Counted from the first letter of the stretch, positions 15,970 to 25,796 are shown. The stretch: 55,322 nt of DNA from an uncultured Candidatus Saccharibacteria bacterium (GCA_964615565.1 CAZTPC010000006.1:1-55322), one strand, 5' to 3'. The notes: generated by a model from the letters alone, not told the origin. A program made the numbers and translations.

Positions 15970-16561
15970 GCGCATCCTTAACATCGCCGTAGTTATAGCC
16001 TTGGCGCATAAGATAGGCCATCAGTTTTTGATCGTCTTGGTAGCGTGTTTGTTTGCGTTTTCGAACAACCAACTCTGCCAATACATTACGATCGTCTGTT
16101 TCGTCTTGTTCCAGCACTTGCTGGATCACATCATCGGCCACTCGTTTTACCTTAAGCTCCTGCTGCAGTCTACGCTTACTAGTACTTTTAAGCAGCCGTC
16201 TGTTTTCTACCCAACGTTTTGCAAAGTCAAAGTCGTTAAGCCACCTACCAGCATGGAGACGCTCGACTAGCTGCTGGATCATTTCTGGCTCATATTCTTT
16301 GCGCTTATAATAATCACGAATTTCCCACTCGCTTCGTGGCCTCCGTGAGATTAAGCCTAGCGCCTGATTGTATGCCTTATCATTACGGGCAGTCTCTTGC
16401 ACCTCTTTTAGCTCACTTGGGGTCAGCTCTTTGCCCACCCGTAGGCCACTGTTCATAAGTGCCGTCTCTCCTAAGCCAAATGAAAACTTACCGTCTATAA
16501 ATATCGAATAGCGGCCTTCTCGTTTGACCTGTTGTTTGATGTCAGTGACCTTCATTGACAA
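15947..16561 (-). CDS. recX: recombination regulator RecX
   Basis: Three-repeat helical protein with 'ALGLISRRPRSEWEIRDY'. Located downstream of recA. Confidence 0.8.
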   Translation of the reverse strand: MSMKVTDIKQQVKREGRYSIFIDGKFSFGLGETALMNSGLRVGKELTPSELKEVQETARNDKAYNQALGLISRRPRSEWEIRDYYKRKEYEPEMIQQLVERLHAGRWLNDFDFAKRWVENRRLLKSTSKRRLQQELKVKRVADDVIQQVLEQDETDDRNVLAELVVRKRKQTRYQDDQKLMAYLMRQGYNYGDVKDALSLPEED

Positions 16562-16564
16562 GTA

Positions 16565-16777
16565 CTAGTCGACTGGGACCACAGCTGGAGGAATTGGATC
16601 TCTGTCGACACGATGTTCTAAGCTAGTGCCAAGGTATGGCGATGCCGACCCAATGACTTCGGCTGGTGCACCAAAATCTTCATAAGAAGGATCCCCCAGT
16701 CCGTCCTCTCCCCATTGTTGCTCTGGCCTTGGCCCAACTATTTCTGGTGATGATGGATTATCTCCACTTTGTGCCAT
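16565..16777 (-). CDS. small acidic Pro-rich protein (70 aa) between recA and recX
   Basis: ATG at 16777 is preceded by AAGGAG (10-nt spacing). It begins 5 nt after the recA stop and ends 4 nt before the recX start. The longer 86-aa track version would overlap recA. Confidence 0.5.
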   Translation of the reverse strand: MAQSGDNPSSPEIVGPRPEQQWGEDGLGDPSYEDFGAPAEVIGSASPYLGTSLEHRVDRDPIPPAVVPVD

Positions 16778-16781
16778 AGTG

Positions 16782-17852
16782 CTAACTCTCCTTTGCGGCG
16801 GCAGCCACACGGACTTTGCCGGCAATTTCTTCGAGTACCTTTGGATTTTCGTCTAGGTACTTCTTGGTTGCTTCACGGCCCTGGCCAATCTTAGCTTCGT
16901 TATAGGCATACCAGGCACCCGATTTTTCTACTACATCGTGTTCGGCAGCCAGATCTAGAATATCGCCACTTCGTGAGATACCTTCGTTATACATGATGTC
17001 GAATTCTGCTTGTCGGAACGGTGGAGCAATCTTGTTCTTAACAACCTTCACTCGGGTACGGTTACCGATAATGTTCTCGCCCTGTTTAATCTGAGCGATG
17101 CGACGAATATCCATACGTACCGACGCGTAGAACTTCAACGCGTTACCACCAGTGGTGGTTTCTGGATTACCAAACATCACCCCGATCTTCATGCGTATCT
17201 GGTTAATAAAGATGACTGTTGCTTTGGAACGGCTAATTACTCCAGTGAGCTTTCGGAGCGCCTGGCTCATTAGACGAGCCTGAAGACCCATATGACTATC
17301 ACCCATGTCACCTTCGATTTCAGCCCGAGGGACAAGTGCGGCTACAGAGTCGACTACGATAATGTCTACAGCATTGCTGCGCACCAATGTTTCGGTAATC
17401 TCGAGTGCTTGCTCGCCGTTATCTGGCTGACTTAGTAAGAGATTATCTACATCGACACCAATTCGTTTGGCATATGACGGATCGAGGGCATGCTCGGCAT
17501 CAATAAAGGCAGCCGTGCCACCTGCTCGCTGTACTTCGGCAATAGCATGAAGACTTAGTGTGGTTTTACCAGATGATTCTGGACCGTACACTTCAATAAT
17601 ACGACCCTTTGGGATTCCACCACCAAGCGCGATATCGAGCGATAAACTGCCGGTTGGGATGCATTCTACTTTTACATCACCGACGTTACCAAGCTTCATA
17701 ATAGAACCCTTGCCGAATTGCTTCTCGATAGCGTCGAGTGCCAAGCCTAATGCTTTAGTCTTGCCTGTTTCTTGGCTTCCGCCCTCTGTTGTGTCGGTCT
17801 TAACAGCTTTGGCTTTCGCCGCAGTTTTCTTTACAGTTTTCTCATCGGCCAT
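16782..17852 (-). CDS. recA: recombinase RecA
   Basis: '[10 protein letters not shown]' Walker A, 'IVVDSVAAL' Walker B, and L1/L2 loop regions. GGAGGG Shine-Dalgarno upstream. Confidence 0.97.
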   Translation of the reverse strand: MADEKTVKKTAAKAKAVKTDTTEGGSQETGKTKALGLALDAIEKQFGKGSIMKLGNVGDVKVECIPTGSLSLDIALGGGIPKGRIIEVYGPESSGKTTLSLHAIAEVQRAGGTAAFIDAEHALDPSYAKRIGVDVDNLLLSQPDNGEQALEITETLVRSNAVDIIVVDSVAALVPRAEIEGDMGDSHMGLQARLMSQALRKLTGVISRSKATVIFINQIRMKIGVMFGNPETTTGGNALKFYASVRMDIRRIAQIKQGENIIGNRTRVKVVKNKIAPPFRQAEFDIMYNEGISRSGDILDLAAEHDVVEKSGAWYAYNEAKIGQGREATKKYLDENPKVLEEIAGKVRVAAAAKES

Positions 17853-17953
17853 GGTTACCCTCCTATGGTGATTAATTAGAATACATCACCCACACTCTCA
17901 GTACAACAATAGTATATCAAGTTATTACAGAAGTTAATTGGTAATGATTTCAA

Positions 17954-18589
17954 CTAGACAGCGGCCGGTTCAGTATCATCGGGCGACCCTCTTCGGTGAC
18001 TACCTTCCAATGGAGGCAGAATAGATACAACTCCAAGTGCTCCAACAAATGCGCCAGCAATTCCGCCAATAGCACCAGCTGCTATCGTTCTCACGGCCAC
18101 ATCTTGACTATCGAAGTTAGCTGCATCATCACGCATAGTACTAATTTGCCCATCTAGATTATGTAGGCTAGGCATTCGAACCTTTATCACTTCGACAGCA
18201 CTTGCCACCGAAGCCCCTTCCGGGAGCTCCCAGCCTATCTCTCTAAGATCTTCGTAATCAGCCGCCCGATTGTGTAAAGCGTTTTGAACACCACAATCGT
18301 ATTGAGCTGTTTGCGGCAGCGAGGTGCTGCGAACAACGAGGTGCTGCTGATCGCTCGTTACCAGCCCAGCTAGAAAATCTCGGCATCGTTGTAAGGTATT
18401 TGCCCGGGCAGTTACCTCGCGGTTTGCTGCATGCTCCTGGCTCACCGAACCTTGATGTCCGATATAGCCGCCTAGCAGTACGCCGCTAGAGAGTGTCGCA
18501 GCCATTAGTAATACTCTCGGCCACTTTTTGTAACGCCATGCTGCGGTGGCCTTTGCTCGCTCCGGGCCGGCTTCGTTGCTGTTACTCAT
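17954..18589 (-). CDS. hypothetical double-anchored membrane protein, paralog B
   Basis: N-terminal TM, conserved 'LQRCRDF...LPQTAQYDC...LDGQI', and a C-terminal glycine-zipper helix 'AAGAIGGIAGAFVGALGVV'. Overlaps paralog A by 4 nt (ATGA). Confidence 0.65.
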   Translation of the reverse strand: MSNSNEAGPERAKATAAWRYKKWPRVLLMAATLSSGVLLGGYIGHQGSVSQEHAANREVTARANTLQRCRDFLAGLVTSDQQHLVVRSTSLPQTAQYDCGVQNALHNRAADYEDLREIGWELPEGASVASAVEVIKVRMPSLHNLDGQISTMRDDAANFDSQDVAVRTIAAGAIGGIAGAFVGALGVVSILPPLEGSHRRGSPDDTEPAAV

Positions 18590-19182
18590 GCGGCGGCTCG
18601 TCTTCGTCGGATACTTTGCTCGGCCGTATCTATGCCGATAACTGCCGCACAGCCTATTGCTGTACCCATTGCGGCCATTGCACCTGGCAGTCCCATTAGT
18701 CCACCATCGCTCGGACTAAATGTTGCTTCTGGCTGGTAGTCTTTAATCTGCCCGTCAAGTTGACTTATACTTGCAAGCTCAACAGTTGCATCAACGCCAG
18801 TAACAGTGATGGCAAAGTCTTCACCAGAACCAATGCCCTGCATATCTTCAACAAGATCTGCAGGACTTGAAATAAAGCATGTTTCCCGTGCAGTCTGGGG
18901 CACATCTTCAAGATCAATAACGAGTTTCTTCGTAGGATCAGTGGTCAGACTCATAACAAAGTTTCTACAGGTTTGCAGACGAGTAACTACCTTGGCGGCT
19001 GATCTGTTTTCGGAACGCTCCTGGCTCGTAACCCAGTTCGAGCCAACCCAATATCCACCAGCGCCACCACCTACAATAATAGAGAACATGAGTACGCTTC
19101 TGAGGTTAACCCAATCACGAACGCGTCGGGGCTTTTTTTCTGGCTGCTTGGCTGTCTCTCTACCTGTTGATTCTGTAGTCAT
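18586..19182 (-). CDS. hypothetical double-anchored membrane protein, paralog A
   Basis: N-terminal TM 'VLMFSIIVGGGAGGYWV', conserved 'LQTCRNF...VPQTARETC...LDGQI', and C-terminal 'LPGAMAAMGTAIGCAAVIGI'. Confidence 0.65.
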   Translation of the reverse strand: MTTESTGRETAKQPEKKPRRVRDWVNLRSVLMFSIIVGGGAGGYWVGSNWVTSQERSENRSAAKVVTRLQTCRNFVMSLTTDPTKKLVIDLEDVPQTARETCFISSPADLVEDMQGIGSGEDFAITVTGVDATVELASISQLDGQIKDYQPEATFSPSDGGLMGLPGAMAAMGTAIGCAAVIGIDTAEQSIRRRRAAA

Positions 19183-19240
19183 GCGGACACCCTAGCACTC
19201 AGGTTATATCCAAACTACTAATGCTTTATACTATCTATAT

Positions 19241-21028
19241 ATGCGGATTCCCGATACTCTTGTGGTCCAGCTCCTAAAAAATGTGGGTAAGCTCACCGAC
19301 GATCAGTTAAAGACGCTCAAAGAACAGGAACTGGTCGAGAAAAAGGCGCTACAAGACTTAGCTGTTAAGAATGGCCTGATTACTGAGCCTGAGCTTACCA
19401 AGTTGTACGCGCTTGAGATCGACGTCCCCTATGTCGACCTCGACCCTAAAGCTATTCGGCCAGAGCTGTTTAAGCAGATTCCTGAGCGTATTGCCCGACA
19501 ATACAAAGTAGTCTTATACGGCCAGGACGAAGCCGGCAATAAGCAGCTAGCTATGGCTGATCCAGACGATATTCAGGCAGTTAACTTCTTGCGTAAGCAA
19601 CTTGGTCCAGACATCAAGGTTCATTTAGCCACTGCAACAACTATCAATGCAGCACTTGAGCAATATCGCGGCAATATGAGTAGTGAACTACCAAAAGTTA
19701 TCACTCCCGAGAACGAGACCGAAGTCGACGACGTTAGCGCCGAAGACCTGGCCGAAGATTCACCGATTGCTCAGACCGTAAACGTACTTATTGAATACGC
19801 CGTAACCAGTAGTGCTAGCGACATCCATATTGAACCGCGCGAAAACTTTGTGTTGGTCCGATATCGTGTTGACGGCATCTTGCGTGAAGTGAATAAGTTA
19901 CCAAGGAACGTGCTTGGCGCACTGGTTTCTCGCATAAAGATCCTTTCTAACCTCAAGATTGATGAACGCCGCGTACCACAAGACGGCAGATTTAAGATTG
20001 AAATTGGCGGACAAGTGTTTGCCATGCGTGTCTCGACACTGCCGATTGTCGACGGCGAAAAAGTGGCTATGCGTATACTTAACGAGTCGGCCAAAGCAGC
20101 TACCCTGAATGAGCTTGGATTCTGGGGCAGGGCTTTAGAGACCATCCAACATGCCGTCGTGCAACCGCATGGCATGGTGCTAGTAACAGGGCCTACTGGT
20201 TCCGGTAAGTCTACCACGCTGTTTAGTATTCTGAATCAGCTCAATAAACCAGGGGTAAATATCTCGACCATTGAAGATCCAGTGGAATATAAGATCCAAG
20301 GCACCAACCAGACTCAAGTTAACTCCGCTGCAGGTATGACGTTTAGTAGTGGCTTACGTGCCCTACTCCGTCAGGACCCAAACATTATCATGGTTGGAGA
20401 AATTCGCGACAACGAGACGGCTAACCTTGCAATTCAGGCCGCTTTAACAGGGCATCTGGTGTTCTCTACACTCCACACTAACAACGCTGCGACAAGCCTG
20501 CCTCGACTACTAGATATGAACATCGAGCCCTTCCTGATTGCCAGCACTGTCCGCGCAGTAGTTGGACAACGGCTAGTACGCAAGCTTTGCACTAACTGTC
20601 GTGAGGCATATGAACCAGATGATACAGCACTCGACACCCTAAATGAAACCTTCCATACCGACGATCCAGAGGTGATTTCACACATCAACAGGCTAGAATT
20701 AGATGCCATCCGTGACGGACTTGGTGGTGAGTCTGCGGTACCCGAAAACGGCAGTAGCCAAGCATCGATAGTAAAACTTTGGAAACAGCACGATACCGGT
20801 TGCGAACAGTGCAACAACAGTGGCTACAAAGGTCGGATGGGCATTTATGAGGTTCTCGACAATACCAGTAAAGTCCAGAAGATGATCGTCGGTAGTGGCA
20901 CGAGCGAAGATATTCAAAACCAAGCTGCTGAAGATGGCATGGTACTGATGCAGACTGATGGCCTTGTAAAAGCGCTTCGCGGCCTAACCAGTATCGAAGA
21001 GATCCTTCGAGTTACGGCAGAGCAATGA
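19241..21028 (+). CDS. pilB: type IV pilus assembly ATPase PilB (GspE family)
   Basis: N-terminal T2SSE_N-like domain, Walker A 'GPTGSGKSTT', Asp/His boxes and a CxxC...CxxC tetracysteine motif. TATACT at 19227-19232 lies 8 nt upstream of the ATG. Confidence 0.93.
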   Translation: MRIPDTLVVQLLKNVGKLTDDQLKTLKEQELVEKKALQDLAVKNGLITEPELTKLYALEIDVPYVDLDPKAIRPELFKQIPERIARQYKVVLYGQDEAGNKQLAMADPDDIQAVNFLRKQLGPDIKVHLATATTINAALEQYRGNMSSELPKVITPENETEVDDVSAEDLAEDSPIAQTVNVLIEYAVTSSASDIHIEPRENFVLVRYRVDGILREVNKLPRNVLGALVSRIKILSNLKIDERRVPQDGRFKIEIGGQVFAMRVSTLPIVDGEKVAMRILNESAKAATLNELGFWGRALETIQHAVVQPHGMVLVTGPTGSGKSTTLFSILNQLNKPGVNISTIEDPVEYKIQGTNQTQVNSAAGMTFSSGLRALLRQDPNIIMVGEIRDNETANLAIQAALTGHLVFSTLHTNNAATSLPRLLDMNIEPFLIASTVRAVVGQRLVRKLCTNCREAYEPDDTALDTLNETFHTDDPEVISHINRLELDAIRDGLGGESAVPENGSSQASIVKLWKQHDTGCEQCNNSGYKGRMGIYEVLDNTSKVQKMIVGSGTSEDIQNQAAEDGMVLMQTDGLVKALRGLTSIEEILRVTAEQ

Positions 21029-22254
21029 TAACCGAGTTTATATATTCCGCGACAAACAAAAGTGGCAAGAATGTCCAGGGCAGGCTCGAAGCCAATAGCC
21101 GAGAGGAAGCACTTAAAACATTGCGTCATCAAGACCTCCGACCGTTAGCCGTTAAGCAAGCTGATAACAAGGTCGGTAAAGGGCTTTTCAACTTCGGGAA
21201 AACCGTAAAACTTAAAGAGCTTGTTATATTCACTCGCCAACTTTCGACCATGGTTTCGGCTGGTGTGCCGCTGAATCGTAGCCTCGCAACACTTCAAGAA
21301 CAAACCGAAACAGAATATTTTAAGAAGGTTTTAGCTGGTGTCAGTAAGGATGTCCAGGCGGGTAACCCGCTCGGGGAATCGTTCGCCAAGTACCCCCATG
21401 TCTTTAATGACGTGTATATCAACATGGTCAAAGCCGGAGAAGCGGGAGGCATTTTGGAAGAGATTCTTAAGCGCCTGGCAAATCAGATCGAGAAAGAGTC
21501 GAGCATCAAGAAGAAAATCAAAAGCGCCATGACCTATCCAGCCGTTATTATGGCGGTTACAGTTGTTGGATTCTTTGGCATCATGATATTTATCATTCCC
21601 AAGATTGCCGCCATCCTTAAAGATCTTGGAGGCGAGAACGCCCAACTACCGATCTACACCCGTGTCATGCTCGGTATCAGTGGCTTCATGCAGCAGTATG
21701 CCATTGTTATCTTTGCCATTCTATTATTCCTTGGCTACGTTATTAAACGCTACATCCAAACACCCGAAGGTAAATTCCAGTTCCATGCCCTCATGCTAAA
21801 AACTCCAATTGTTAATACTGTAATCACTAAGGTTGCTATTGCCCGTTTTGCTCGCACATTCGCCAGCCTGATGTCCGCCGGGGTAGGCGTACTTGATGCA
21901 TTAGAAGTCACAGGTGGCGCAATTGGTAATAAAGTTATCGAAAAAGAACTTAGAGACGCCGCAAACGAAGTAAAGAATGGCAAACAACTATCTGAGCCAC
22001 TCAGTAAAAGTAAACACTTTCCCCCAATCGTTGGCCAAATGCTTGCCGTCGGCGAAGAGACCGGCAAGGTCGATGAGATCCTTGTGAAGGTTGCTGACTT
22101 CTACGAAGAAGAGGTTACCGCTGTGATCGATGCCCTCAGCTCACTGATCGAGCCACTGATGATCATCGTTCTTGGTGGCGTAGTTGGGCTGATCGCCGCA
22201 AGCGTCATGGGGCCAATCGCAGGATTGTCCAAAAACATCCAGAGCAACAACTAA
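21025..22254 (+). CDS. pilC: type IV pilus platform protein PilC (GspF family)
   Basis: Two T2SSF repeats ('FTRQLSTMVSAGVPL', 'FARTFASLMSAGVGV') and three TM helices. 4-nt overlap with pilB. Confidence 0.93.
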   Translation: MITEFIYSATNKSGKNVQGRLEANSREEALKTLRHQDLRPLAVKQADNKVGKGLFNFGKTVKLKELVIFTRQLSTMVSAGVPLNRSLATLQEQTETEYFKKVLAGVSKDVQAGNPLGESFAKYPHVFNDVYINMVKAGEAGGILEEILKRLANQIEKESSIKKKIKSAMTYPAVIMAVTVVGFFGIMIFIIPKIAAILKDLGGENAQLPIYTRVMLGISGFMQQYAIVIFAILLFLGYVIKRYIQTPEGKFQFHALMLKTPIVNTVITKVAIARFARTFASLMSAGVGVLDALEVTGGAIGNKVIEKELRDAANEVKNGKQLSEPLSKSKHFPPIVGQMLAVGEETGKVDEILVKVADFYEEEVTAVIDALSSLIEPLMIIVLGGVVGLIAASVMGPIAGLSKNIQSNN

Positions 22255-22265
22255 TCTTTTGTTGG

Positions 22266-24035
22266 TTAGCGGTAGCCTTCGGCCTGAGCTTCGAACATCT
22301 CTTTATATAAGCCACCGTGTTGCAGTAGCTCTTCGTGTGAACCATATTCGGTAATCTTGCCAGACTCCATAACAATAATCTTATCCGCTTTTCGAACGGT
22401 ACTAAACCGGTGACTAACAATCAGTGTCGTTTTCTGTCCATGACTCTTATAGATATTATTAAAGATCATATATTCAGCCTTGGCATCGATAGCACTAGTC
22501 GGCTCGTCTAAGATGAGCATGTCCCCTTCACGCAAGAGCGCACGTGCCACACCCAATCGTTGCAACTGCCCACCAGATAAACCAGTCCCATCGTCAAACG
22601 ATGGATCAAGTCGCTGTTGGTACTTATGTGGCAAGGCGGTGATAAACTTGGTAGCGCCAACCATATCTGTAGCCTGCGTGACGGCTTTCTGATCAACTTT
22701 CCTATCAAGTCCCATTAGCAAGTTATCTTCGATACTCAGGTGGTCTACTACCAAGAAGTCCTGGCTCAGATTACTAATGGCATCGTAGTAGCTCTTTTGC
22801 TCAACATCTTTTATATCGATGCCGTTAACCGTAATCGTACCGCTGGTTGGTAGATACTGGCGAAGGAGTAGCTTAATAAGCGTGGACTTGCCAGCGCCAT
22901 TTTCACCGACTAATGCCAACTTGCTGCCAGGCACAATTAAGAAAGAGACGGCATCGAGCACTGGCTTCTTAGTCCGGGGATACGCGAACGTAACGTCCTT
23001 GAATTCTATAGTCAGTGGCCCATCTATTACTTGCGTACCATTTGGCACAGAAGGTTCGGTGTAGTAAATCTCGTGTAATTCTTTTAGGTAGGTCGCCGTC
23101 TCGTGCAGGCCCCGAGCACTATTCACAATTGATGAGGCAGAATTACTTGCTTGTTCTAGTAAGCCCCGAAGGAAGATGAAACGTTCTAGCCCAATCGTGC
23201 CAGCTATCAGGAGCTTCAGGAAGTACAAGGTCGCCCCAACACTAACCACTGGCTCAATAACATCAGTCCCTACGTCGGCCGGCATCATTTTGACGTCAGC
23301 GTCATAAATAACATTCTGTGCTCTTTCGGTGTGCGAGCGCCAAGCCTGGATAAGCCGTTTGAAGGCGGTCATTAATCTGATCTCTGGCATGGTGTTCGGG
23401 TCCATAAGCATCCACCTGGTTCGGAACGCGACTCTGTCGATTGGCTCAACCTTTTTGTTAAGCGCTTCATAAAACTTATTTTGGTACATACGCAGCATTG
23501 TTACAGGGATAATCATTACAATGATTACTAACCCAACTAACGGCGCAACCACCAGGATTGCGCCAATAGAGCTGACGAATCGCACAACCGATGAGATCAT
23601 CCATGACAGCTCAGAAATTGTACGCCACATTGAGCTCATCGCTTCACGCGCCCGAGCCAGCTTGGTGTTAAACGTCTGGTCGTCGAATTGCTCCTGGCTG
23701 AGTTCGTACATCTTCTCCATAAACAACGTATTTAGATTGATCTCCATCTGATTTTGGAGCTTCTTATCGACCAACCGGTTAATCGCCCCCATCACTGTGC
23801 CAAAGATCTCTAGGAAAATCATAATCCCCAGCCATAGATATGCCTGTCCGCCACCAGTGTGCTTGGTCGCAATCAAGGCCACTGCCGCGAGGAACTTGGC
23901 ACTCGCGTAGACAAACAGTACCGAACCTATGCCGTCATAGATACTGTTAACAATTGTCCAGGCAAAGTAACCCTTTGACTTACCAAACTGGAGCTTGAGC
24001 GCCCACCATAAGGACTTAGCGGCATTTGACTTCAT
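22266..24035 (-). CDS. ABC exporter, fused permease/ATPase (MsbA-like half transporter)
   Basis: Six-TM N-terminal domain. Walker A 'GENGAGKSTL', signature 'LSGGQLQR', Walker B 'LILDEPTSAID'. TATATT at 24044-24049 lies 8 nt upstream of the ATG. Confidence 0.9.
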   Translation of the reverse strand: MKSNAAKSLWWALKLQFGKSKGYFAWTIVNSIYDGIGSVLFVYASAKFLAAVALIATKHTGGGQAYLWLGIMIFLEIFGTVMGAINRLVDKKLQNQMEINLNTLFMEKMYELSQEQFDDQTFNTKLARAREAMSSMWRTISELSWMISSVVRFVSSIGAILVVAPLVGLVIIVMIIPVTMLRMYQNKFYEALNKKVEPIDRVAFRTRWMLMDPNTMPEIRLMTAFKRLIQAWRSHTERAQNVIYDADVKMMPADVGTDVIEPVVSVGATLYFLKLLIAGTIGLERFIFLRGLLEQASNSASSIVNSARGLHETATYLKELHEIYYTEPSVPNGTQVIDGPLTIEFKDVTFAYPRTKKPVLDAVSFLIVPGSKLALVGENGAGKSTLIKLLLRQYLPTSGTITVNGIDIKDVEQKSYYDAISNLSQDFLVVDHLSIEDNLLMGLDRKVDQKAVTQATDMVGATKFITALPHKYQQRLDPSFDDGTGLSGGQLQRLGVARALLREGDMLILDEPTSAIDAKAEYMIFNNIYKSHGQKTTLIVSHRFSTVRKADKIIVMESGKITEYGSHEELLQHGGLYKEMFEAQAEGYR

Positions 24036-24071
24036 TTACGCTCAATATAGCACAGCCATAGTGGGTCGTGC

Positions 24072-24099
24072 TTGACGGCTTACTGCTTAAGGTTATAAT
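24072..24099 (+). promoter_or_regulatory. sigma70-type promoter of the major pilin gene
   Basis: TTGACG (24072-24077), 16-nt spacer, TATAAT (24094-24099). GGAGG Shine-Dalgarno at 24141-24145. Confidence 0.6.
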
Positions 24100-24154
24100 T
24101 TAAGGTAAGCTTTAATAGCCTAAACAAATAATTAAACATAGGAGGGTGGGCTCC

Positions 24155-24622
24155 ATGGCTTCACTTCGCAAACAACAAGGTTTTACCATTGTAGAACTCT
24201 TGATCGTGATTATCGTTATTGGTATCTTGGCCACTTTGGTCTTGGTAACTTTCACCGGTATCCAACAATCAGCACGTAATACACAACGCCAAACAGACAT
24301 TAAGGCCGTAGCTAGCCACTTGGAAACATACAATGCCAAGAACGCTTTCTACCCAACGTTAACCGATCTTAACAGCGCATCATTCATCTCTGGTACCCTA
24401 AAGGGTCTAGACAAAGAATCAACACGCGATCCAAAAGCTGGCACAACTTCTGCTGACTACCAGTTTGCCGACGGCAACTCAACAAGCAAGAAGTATGGCT
24501 ACAAGGCTACTAAGGACGACGGTTCTGCTTGTGACAACGCTGTCTCAGGTGACGAGTGTACTAAGTTCACTCTTAGCTACACCGAAGAAGGTGGCAGCGA
24601 AAAGACTGTAACCAACCTTTAG
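24155..24622 (+). CDS. pilA: type IV pilin (candidate major pilin), prepilin-type N-terminal methylation motif
   Basis: 'MASLRKQQG/FTIVELLIVIIVIGILA' class III signal with Glu at +5. Two Cys near the C-terminus. Start at the ATG 24155, 9 nt after GGAGG. Own promoter and terminator. Confidence 0.9.
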   Translation: MASLRKQQGFTIVELLIVIIVIGILATLVLVTFTGIQQSARNTQRQTDIKAVASHLETYNAKNAFYPTLTDLNSASFISGTLKGLDKESTRDPKAGTTSADYQFADGNSTSKKYGYKATKDDGSACDNAVSGDECTKFTLSYTEEGGSEKTVTNL

Positions 24623-24643
24623 TAATATTTCGATATTACTGCT

Positions 24644-24674
24644 AAAGACCGGGCTCAAATGAGCTCGGTCTTTT
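24644..24674 (+). terminator. intrinsic terminator after pilA
   Basis: AAAGACCGGGCTC-AAAT-GAGCTCGGTCTTT followed by T. A second AT-rich hairpin, AGTAATAT-TTCG-ATATTACT, lies at 24621-24640. Confidence 0.7.
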
Positions 24675-24749
24675 AGTTGGCACAGTATGCCACGACCGGC
24701 TTGTTACGCTATTGCTTATTGTATTATATTATGCTATAATATTGGCATA

Positions 24750-25796
24750 ATGAGTTTTGTTGAAGATAGCGATCGGCTGGAAGTATTAGCCGAACTAGTT
24801 CCTGAACGCGCCACCATCCTTTCGGTTGTGACCAGAGAGCACGGGCCAGTACCATTTGCCCGACCGGGCGACAACCTCTACAAAGGCTACCGTGCAGCAA
24901 ACCTACTTGCTGTGGTTGATGGCGACGAATATGTGGTGAGTTTTGGCGATCGCCCTATTGATCAAGATAAAGTTGCCCTAGAGGCTTACCATGCGGCAAC
25001 ATCCGATATTTATGCAACTAATGATCCTGATTCGGTTGAATGGCTAGAAACTGCTGGTAAGAAGTCGCTGATCTTGCGCCGTCATCGTCCGCTTTTCGAA
25101 GGTCATGTAGCAATCACCTCTCGAGATGCTTTTGATGCTGGCGAGTCACATTACACGCGTGGTATGATCGGCTACACCTTACGGAATGAGACAAAAGGCA
25201 TCTTGCATACCACTGGCGTTATGCCCGATGACCCAGAATTTTTTATTCGTACTGTGGCGGCGGCAGACCCAACAGATGTAATAAACTGGCAAAGCCACTT
25301 CACCACCAAGGAAGAGCAGGATCACGATGAGATATACGGCTTAATCCTCGGTAGGATGCATCATCTAATCAAGGAAGATGGGCTCCCTGCAGAACAAGCA
25401 CTCTATCGATACCTAGACCAAACCGATGTAGACGACGATATTAGTCGTAAAATCGCGGCAGTACTCACCACAGGGGCAGATTGTGAGCCATTGAATGATT
25501 ACACCGGGATCGACAGTCTATATGCCAGCTATACCCTAGGCGAAAAGGGGCACTTACTTATACATCGTATGGAAAAGAATGGTCATTACTACTTTGAAAT
25601 GATCCGTCATTATATTGACGATCAAGGGGAAGCTGTAGTGCGTCGATACATGCAAGACTGGGGAGAACCAAACCTAATCCAGGTTAACCGACCACAGAAA
25701 AACATTGCTAATTTCGATCGTCATGATCGCCGCCTATTCCTCCTGGATCATGGCGATGCACTTGAACTGAATGCTATTCTTACAGCACTGCAATAA
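24750..25796 (+). CDS. hypothetical acidic cytoplasmic protein embedded in the pilus locus
   Basis: 348 aa with no TM segment or signal peptide. Start set to the ATG at 24750: TGcTATAAT (24732-24740) lies 9 nt upstream. The track start at 24687 would be encoded by the promoter/terminator region. Confidence 0.6.
   Translation: MSFVEDSDRLEVLAELVPERATILSVVTREHGPVPFARPGDNLYKGYRAANLLAVVDGDEYVVSFGDRPIDQDKVALEAYHAATSDIYATNDPDSVEWLETAGKKSLILRRHRPLFEGHVAITSRDAFDAGESHYTRGMIGYTLRNETKGILHTTGVMPDDPEFFIRTVAAADPTDVINWQSHFTTKEEQDHDEIYGLILGRMHHLIKEDGLPAEQALYRYLDQTDVDDDISRKIAAVLTTGADCEPLNDYTGIDSLYASYTLGEKGHLLIHRMEKNGHYYFEMIRHYIDDQGEAVVRRYMQDWGEPNLIQVNRPQKNIANFDRHDRRLFLLDHGDALELNAILTALQ

Noticed and set aside
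16565-16825. Longer 86-aa version of the recA-recX intergenic ORF
   Set aside because: It would overlap the recA 3' end by 44 nt and has no Shine-Dalgarno. The internal ATG at 16777 has a strong AAGGAG, so the 70-aa version is preferred.
17853-17953. Looked for a LexA/Cheo-type SOS box (GAAC-N4-GTTC) upstream of recA
   Set aside because: No such dyad is present. There is only a 6-bp GGTGAT/ATCACC hairpin next to the Shine-Dalgarno, so I make no SOS-operator claim.
24687-24749. Upstream ATG extension of the orphan gene in the pilus locus (MPRPACYAIAYCIILCYNIGI...)
   Set aside because: The extension would be encoded by the AT-rich promoter region directly after the pilA terminator. The ATG at 24750 fits the -10 box spacing seen throughout the window.
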